DNA of 62,223 nucleotides, the filler included, from an uncultured bacterium (GTDB lineage Bacteria; CAYJOG01), in NCBI GenBank assembly GCA_964371695.1. It is 15 parts of 15 records of this genome, joined end to end, with 100 filler letters (N's around TTAATTAATTAA, not from the genome) between each part and the next. Parts side by side here need not be neighbours in the genome. Positions count along the whole stretch, not along the records: positions 54,130 to 58,131 come from CAYJOG010000331.1; positions 58,232 to 62,223 come from CAYJOG010000332.1; 13 more parts are not named here. One strand, given 5' to 3'. Every line of letters begins with the position of its first letter. Position 1 is the stretch's first letter. The notes beneath the pieces were generated by a model. The model was not told the origin of the DNA. It saw only the letters and a list, made by a program, of their open reading frames with translations, and searched no databases. The translations under genes and the position numbers were made by a program. Below, one piece after another: positions 57,230-62,223 of this stretch.

Positions 57230-58129
57230 TCACTGGCTCATTTCAATGCTGACAGGGGCGGCCACTTCGATCCAGAAAGCCTGACCACGTTCCAGCACAC
57301 CACCGCCGGAGAGATTGACGTAACCTGCTTCTGGGCTGTAGCCGTAGACATGGCGCACCCAGCCGTTGGCGATGGCATTGGTGAGCGTGGCCCGTGTGCC
57401 GCCGGGCGCCAAAAACCGGATTTTCTCTTCACCCAACACCAGTCGGTCAAACGGATGCCCCACCAGATTCCAACCCGGTGTGAGGGGCACCAGAATCTGG
57501 CTGGGCTCAAAGGGCAGGCCGGGGAACTCCACGGTGGTGTCCTGATCGCTGAACAACCAGTATCCTGCGCCCGCGAGGGCCTCTTGGGCGGTTTGATAAC
57601 GGTTGCTGCTGAAGCCAAACAGGGTTGCGGAAGAAGCCGTGGCAAACCGGGCCTGCCCCTGGCGCATGGGGGCGGCGATCAGGTTCCAGCCGGCCTTGAC
57701 CGAAATGCTGCGCATGAGGGCCTGCTGGCCAGCCTGTTCGCTGGGCACGGTGCTGACCGCTACGGAGCGGGGACTTTCGTTGGGGCCGCCGTCTGAGGCC
57801 GGGGCGTCGTCCACCGCAGTCACTTTGAACCAGTAAAGCAGGCTGTTGCTCAGACCCGGCACCGTGAAAAAGGGCACCGTGATCAGCTGTGAATTGTTTT
57901 TGATGTAGTTGTCTGCCGTGGCGGGCGGGCCGCATTGGCTTTCGTCTCCCAGGCAGACATAAACGTTGTAACCAGCCAGATCGGGTTCCGTGTTTGGGGT
58001 CCAGCTCAGGCGCACAGAACCATTCAGCGGTATGGGCAATACGTTTTGCGGCGTGCTGGGGGCGATGGTGTCTTTGCCCGGCTTGGCGCATTTTGCCTCA
58101 TCGCCATAAATGGTGCTGGTGAGCCCCGC
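57230..58129 (-). CDS. Fibronectin type III domain protein with C-terminal GWNL repeats (5' truncated)
   Basis: DTIAPSTPQNV...LSWTPNTEPDLAGYNVY...Y.FKVTAVD...NES; two GWNL motifs. Confidence 0.85.
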   Translation of the reverse strand, partial: AGLTSTIYGDEAKCAKPGKDTIAPSTPQNVLPIPLNGSVRLSWTPNTEPDLAGYNVYVCLGDESQCGPPATADNYIKNNSQLITVPFFTVPGLSNSLLYWFKVTAVDDAPASDGGPNESPRSVAVSTVPSEQAGQQALMRSISVKAGWNLIAAPMRQGQARFATASSATLFGFSSNRYQTAQEALAGAGYWLFSDQDTTVEFPGLPFEPSQILVPLTPGWNLVGHPFDRLVLGEEKIRFLAPGGTRATLTNAIANGWVRHVYGYSPEAGYVNLSGGGVLERGQAFWIEVAAPVSIEMSQ

Positions 58130-58352
58130 AGNNNNNNNNNNNNNNNNNNNNNNNNNNNNNNNNNNNNNNNNNNNNTTAATTAATTAANNNNNNNNNNNNN
58201 NNNNNNNNNNNNNNNNNNNNNNNNNNNNNNNCCATTACCCCAACCCTCTCCCTCAAGGGGAGAGGGGGTGACCTGTCCAACATTCGACCTGTATCGCTGC
58301 TCCACCCAATTCAAAAAAACAATCAAAGCTGGAGCCTTTTTAAACCGACCCC

Positions 58353-58385
58353 AAACACCCCTGGCCAAAGCCGGGGGTGTTTTTT
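58353..58385 (+). terminator. Putative intrinsic terminator upstream of the kor promoter region
   Basis: AAACACCCCTGGC-CAAA-GCCGGGGGTGTTT plus T run. Confidence 0.5.
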
Positions 58386-58575
58386 GTGACAGACTTTTAT
58401 AAAAGTAGCGATTGCCACTTTTTATTTTGTCCACTACACTGGCCCACAGGAACAACAGACCGGATTTTGCGCAAAACAGACCAGTCCGACCAATCCTGCT
58501 TTTTTCACAAAAAACCGTCTTATAATTGTCAATTGGCTTTTACAACGGAGTTCAAGACCAGATAAAGGACAGCGC

Positions 58576-60315
58576 ATGGGCAGAGGAGACATCATCATCC
58601 GCATCGCCGGGGAATCCGGCGAAGGGGTCATCAGCACCGGCGATTTTTTGGTGCAGGCCGCCGCCAGGGCCGGTTTCAACGTCATGACCTTCAAGACGTT
58701 CCCCGCCGAAATCAAGGGGGGCCACGCCGTGTTCCAGGCCCGGTTCAGCCGCGACAAGCTGTGGACCCACGGCGACGAAATCGACGTGCTGCTGGCCTTC
58801 AACGAAGAAGCCTTTGAAAAACACTACGACGAAATCGCACACGGGGGCATGATGCTGTTTGACAGCGGCGAGTTCACCCCCACCCACCAGCGCGACGACG
58901 TCACCCACCACGCCGTGCCGCTCAGCACCATCGCCAAGGATGAACTGAAATTCGCCCTGGGCAAAAATGTGGTGGCAGTGGGCGTGGCGGCGGCCCTGTT
59001 TGGCCTGAGCCAGGAAGTCATCGAGTCGTTCATCCGCGAAAAGTTCGAGCGCAAGGGCGACGACGTGGTGCAAAAAAACCTTCAGGCGCTCACCGCCGGG
59101 CAAACCTATCTGCGCGAGCACCTGCCCAATGTGGATAAATACACCATTCATCCCAACCCCAAAGAGGGCCAGTCTCTGGTGCTCAACGGCAACGCGGCGC
59201 TGGCCCTGGGCGCGTTGCAGGCGGGGCTGAAAAATTATTTCGGTTACCCCATCACACCCGCCAGCGAGGTCATGGAGTTTCTGGCCCCGCAACTGCCCAA
59301 GGTGGGCGGTGTGCTGGTGCAGGCCGAAGACGAAATCGCCGCCATGGGCATGTGCTTGGGGTCCAGTTACATGGGCACACCGGTGATGACCGCCACCAGC
59401 GGCCCCGGCCTGAGCCTGATGGTGGAGATGATCGGTCTGGCGGCCATGGCCGAACTGCCCGTGGTGATTGTGGACGTGCAACGCGGCGGCCCCAGCACGG
59501 GCCTGCCCACCAAACACGAACAGAGCGACCTGTTCCTCGCCGCCTTTGGGGGCCACGGCGACGCCCCCCGGCTGGTGCTGGCCCCCACCAGCGTGGAGGA
59601 CTGTTTCTACACCACCATCGCCGCCTTTAACCTGGCCGAGAAATACCAGATGCCGGTGATTGTGCTGAGCGACCAGACCCTCGCCACACGCACCGAGTCC
59701 GTGCCCCGGTTTGACCTGGGCCGCGTGCCGGTGCAGGGCCGCCTGCACTACACCCCCGGCCAGAACGGCGACACCTATCTGCGCTACGCCCCCGGCGAAA
59801 ACGGCGTCAGCCCCATGAGCGTCCCCGGCCAACCCGGCGGGCGTTATGTGGCCACGGGCCTGGAACACGGCGAGGCCGCCAGCCCGAAATATGACCCACA
59901 AACCCACATCCGCATGACGGAGAAACGTTTCCGAAAACAGGCCGCCGCCGTGGCGGAGTTCCCGGAGCCGGAACGCTACGGCGACCCGAACGCCGAAATC
60001 GGCCTCATCGGCTGGGGCAGCACATTCGGCTTTTTGTGCCGCGCCGTGGAACGCCTGCGTGACGAAAACGGTCTGGCGGTGGAGGCCCTCGCCCCCAAGG
60101 GCCTGTTCCCCGTGCCCACCCATCAGCTCGCCCCCTTCCTCAAGGGCAAAAAACGTCTGCTGGTGGCCGAGGTGAACTATCAGGCCCAGTTCACCCAGTT
60201 GCTCAGGGCGGCGTTCCCCGTGCCTTTCGAACCCGTGTTGTGTTACGGCGGCGTACCATTCAAGGTGTCCCAGATCGTGGACGCCGTGCGCCAGGAGGTC
60301 CATGCCCATGTCTGA
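58576..60315 (+). CDS. korA: 2-oxoacid:ferredoxin oxidoreductase alpha subunit (gamma-alpha fusion)
   Basis: GESGEGV, AEIKGG, GYPITPASE, QAEDE, TSGPG, QRGGPSTGLPTK; substrate specificity not determined. Confidence 0.93.
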   Translation: MGRGDIIIRIAGESGEGVISTGDFLVQAAARAGFNVMTFKTFPAEIKGGHAVFQARFSRDKLWTHGDEIDVLLAFNEEAFEKHYDEIAHGGMMLFDSGEFTPTHQRDDVTHHAVPLSTIAKDELKFALGKNVVAVGVAAALFGLSQEVIESFIREKFERKGDDVVQKNLQALTAGQTYLREHLPNVDKYTIHPNPKEGQSLVLNGNAALALGALQAGLKNYFGYPITPASEVMEFLAPQLPKVGGVLVQAEDEIAAMGMCLGSSYMGTPVMTATSGPGLSLMVEMIGLAAMAELPVVIVDVQRGGPSTGLPTKHEQSDLFLAAFGGHGDAPRLVLAPTSVEDCFYTTIAAFNLAEKYQMPVIVLSDQTLATRTESVPRFDLGRVPVQGRLHYTPGQNGDTYLRYAPGENGVSPMSVPGQPGGRYVATGLEHGEAASPKYDPQTHIRMTEKRFRKQAAAVAEFPEPERYGDPNAEIGLIGWGSTFGFLCRAVERLRDENGLAVEALAPKGLFPVPTHQLAPFLKGKKRLLVAEVNYQAQFTQLLRAAFPVPFEPVLCYGGVPFKVSQIVDAVRQEVHAHV

Positions 60316-61192
60316 GTCCACACTCGAAACCCAGGCCCCCGCCGAGGAGGGGCTTTATGAATACCGCAGCAACGTCAAGCCCACATGGTGCCCCGGTTGC
60401 GGCGATTTTGGTGTGCTCACCGCCATCACCAACACCCTCAAGCGTCTTGAGCTGAACCCCGACGAAGTGGTGGCGCTGAGCGGCATCGGCTGCTCAAGCC
60501 GCATCAGCTATTTTCTGAACACCTACGGCTTTCACGGCGTACACGGGCGCACCATGCCCATTGCGCTTGGAATCCGCATGGGCAACCCGGCCCTGAAGCT
60601 GGTGGTGTTTGGCGGCGACGGCGACGGTTTCGCCATTGGCGGCGGACACTTTCTGCACGGTGCGCGGCGCAATGCCGACCTGATGTACGTGGTGATGGAC
60701 AACCAGATCTACGGCCTCACCAAGGGGCAGACCAGCCCCACCAGCGCGCTTCAGTTCGTCACCAAGTCCACCCCCGGCGGCAACCTGGAACAACCCATTC
60801 ACCCCCTCATGCTGGCCCTTGCCTGCGGCGCGACTTTTGTGGGTCAGGCCAACGCCGACAAGATCAAGGAATCCGAAGACATGATGGTGAAGGCCATGGA
60901 ACACCGGGGTTTCGCCTTCATCAACCTTTACAGCGCCTGCCCCACCTTCAACAAAATCAACACCCACAAATGGTATCGCACCGCGCTCACGCCCGCGCCT
61001 GAGGGCCACGACACCTCCAGCTTCGAAGCCGCCATGGCCCTGCTCAGCCAGCGCGACAAAGCCTTCAGCGGGGTGTTGTATCAGGTGGAGCGCCCCACCT
61101 ATGAAGACAGCGCCACCGGCTTTATGAAGGGCGACTACAACCGCGAAACCATCGAAAAAACTGTCACGGCCCTCATGGACAAGTTTGCGTGA
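60308..61192 (+). CDS. korB: 2-oxoacid:ferredoxin oxidoreductase beta subunit
   Basis: WCPGCGD, SGIGCS, HGR, GDGD...DN..YGLTKGQ.SPT. Confidence 0.93.
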   Translation: MSESTLETQAPAEEGLYEYRSNVKPTWCPGCGDFGVLTAITNTLKRLELNPDEVVALSGIGCSSRISYFLNTYGFHGVHGRTMPIALGIRMGNPALKLVVFGGDGDGFAIGGGHFLHGARRNADLMYVVMDNQIYGLTKGQTSPTSALQFVTKSTPGGNLEQPIHPLMLALACGATFVGQANADKIKESEDMMVKAMEHRGFAFINLYSACPTFNKINTHKWYRTALTPAPEGHDTSSFEAAMALLSQRDKAFSGVLYQVERPTYEDSATGFMKGDYNRETIEKTVTALMDKFA

Positions 61193-61201
61193 AAATCAGC
61201 T

Positions 61202-61740
61202 TCAACCCGGCCCCTGGCTGAAACCCGGCGGGGGCCACAGGGCGGCGTCGGCAGCGGATTCTTTTGGCCGCACCCGGCGTTGCAGCAGCAGCAATGAGAA
61301 AATGGTGATCTGCAAAAACCCCGTCACCACACCCACCGCCACCGGCATGAGGTAAACGGGCGGATCGGTGCTGGTGCCGGGGGGCAGCGGAAACAGACCG
61401 GCGTCAGGCCCGGTGTGGGGAAAAACATTGAACATGAAGCGCAGCAGCACCCCCGACAACAAATAACCCTGGGCCAGCCCCACACCCCGCTGGGGAAACC
61501 GCCACAACATGAAGGCCACACCCAGCCCCGCCGCCACAAACAGTGTGTAACGNNNNNNNNNNAGGTGGCCGTGCAGGCCTGCATCAACCCAGCGGCGTTC
61601 GCCCTGGGCACCACCGCTTCCTGAAACATCACAAACCACTGGCAAAAACCCGTGGCCACCAGGGCGTTGAGCAACGCGCACATCAAAAACCAGGCGATGA
61701 AAAATCCGCGCCACGACACCTGGGGTTGCTGGGCCTGCAT
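61202..61740 (-). CDS. Hypothetical membrane protein spanning a 10-N gap (61553-61562)
   Basis: Hydrophobic halves lie in two frames either side of a placeholder gap; TACACT box 6 nt before ATG. Confidence 0.55.
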
Positions 61741-61769
61741 GGGGGCAGTGTAATCCGGGCTTCGGATTT

Positions 61770-62223
61770 TCAGCCAAAAATGCTTCGGCGCTCTTTTTTG
61801 CCTTGCTGGATAAGGGCGCGGATGCTGGCTTTGACTTCTTCCACCATGGGGGTGATCACTGCGTCGTCGTCTTCGCCGTCGCCCTTGAAGTGCAGCGGCT
61901 CGCCAAAATAAATGCGGTAACGGGTGGGCATGGGCAAAAGCCCCAGGGGCCCCAGCAGCGGAAAAAACGGTGTGACGGGAAAATGCGGCAAACCCATGAG
62001 GCCCGCCAGCAGGCGGCTATGCACCAGTCCAGGAGCCTGCTCCTCGCTGCCCACCACCGCCACGGGCACAATGGGGGCGTCCGCCGCCAGGGCCATGCGC
62101 ACAAACCCCAGGCCGAACTCCTGCAACTCATAAGCCTTGTCAATGGTCTTGTTCATGCCCCGTGCGCCTTCGGGAAACACCAGCACCAGTTCATCGTGCC
62201 GCAGTTGCTGGATGCAGTTGCCC
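61770..62223 (-). CDS. Lysophospholipid/glycerol acyltransferase (5' truncated by window end)
   Basis: VFPEG, GFVRMAL...APIVPV..VG.EE, FGEP. Confidence 0.88.
   Translation of the reverse strand, partial: GNCIQQLRHDELVLVFPEGARGMNKTIDKAYELQEFGLGFVRMALAADAPIVPVAVVGSEEQAPGLVHSRLLAGLMGLPHFPVTPFFPLLGPLGLLPMPTRYRIYFGEPLHFKGDGEDDDAVITPMVEEVKASIRALIQQGKKERRSIFG

Noticed and set aside
58382-58404. TGTGA half-site as a Crp/Rex box upstream of korA
   Set aside because: The second half-site is poor (TTTAT) and it overlaps a terminator T-tract
61553-61562. Apparent frameshift in the membrane protein gene
   Set aside because: Coincides with a 10-N placeholder gap of unknown true length; the same kind of gap occurs at 52311-52320

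Overview
This window is not one locus. It is 15 short contigs (about 4.0-4.1 kb each, in decreasing length order) from a fragmented high-GC bacterial assembly, probably a MAG. They are joined by artificial 100-bp spacers (N44-TTAATTAATTAA-N44), so gene context is valid only within a contig. Most genes are ordinary housekeeping or metabolic genes: infB-rbfA-DHH-tlyA, trmFO/rluB, scpAB-elbB, pntAB, korAB, leuB, mgtE, a siroheme reductase, DsbD, SulP, a BVMO with TetR, a Wsp/Frz-like chemosensory cluster, a class III adenylate cyclase with Crp, an SLH-anchored porin, and a B12-radical SAM plus Rieske pair. I saw no rRNA, tRNA, CRISPR array or prophage. The most striking unexplained signals are non-coding. 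(1) Two families of dispersed, highly structured intergenic repeats show compensatory base changes between copies and carry GGA-containing hairpin loops resembling CsrA/RsmA sites. One copy is a complete MITE with a 10-bp TIR and TCA target duplication, and copies overlap stop codons or appear to interrupt genes. (2) At least ten genes have a TANNNT box 6-8 nt before an SD-less start codon, suggesting widespread leaderless transcription. All protein calls come from recognising motifs by eye; no database search was run.
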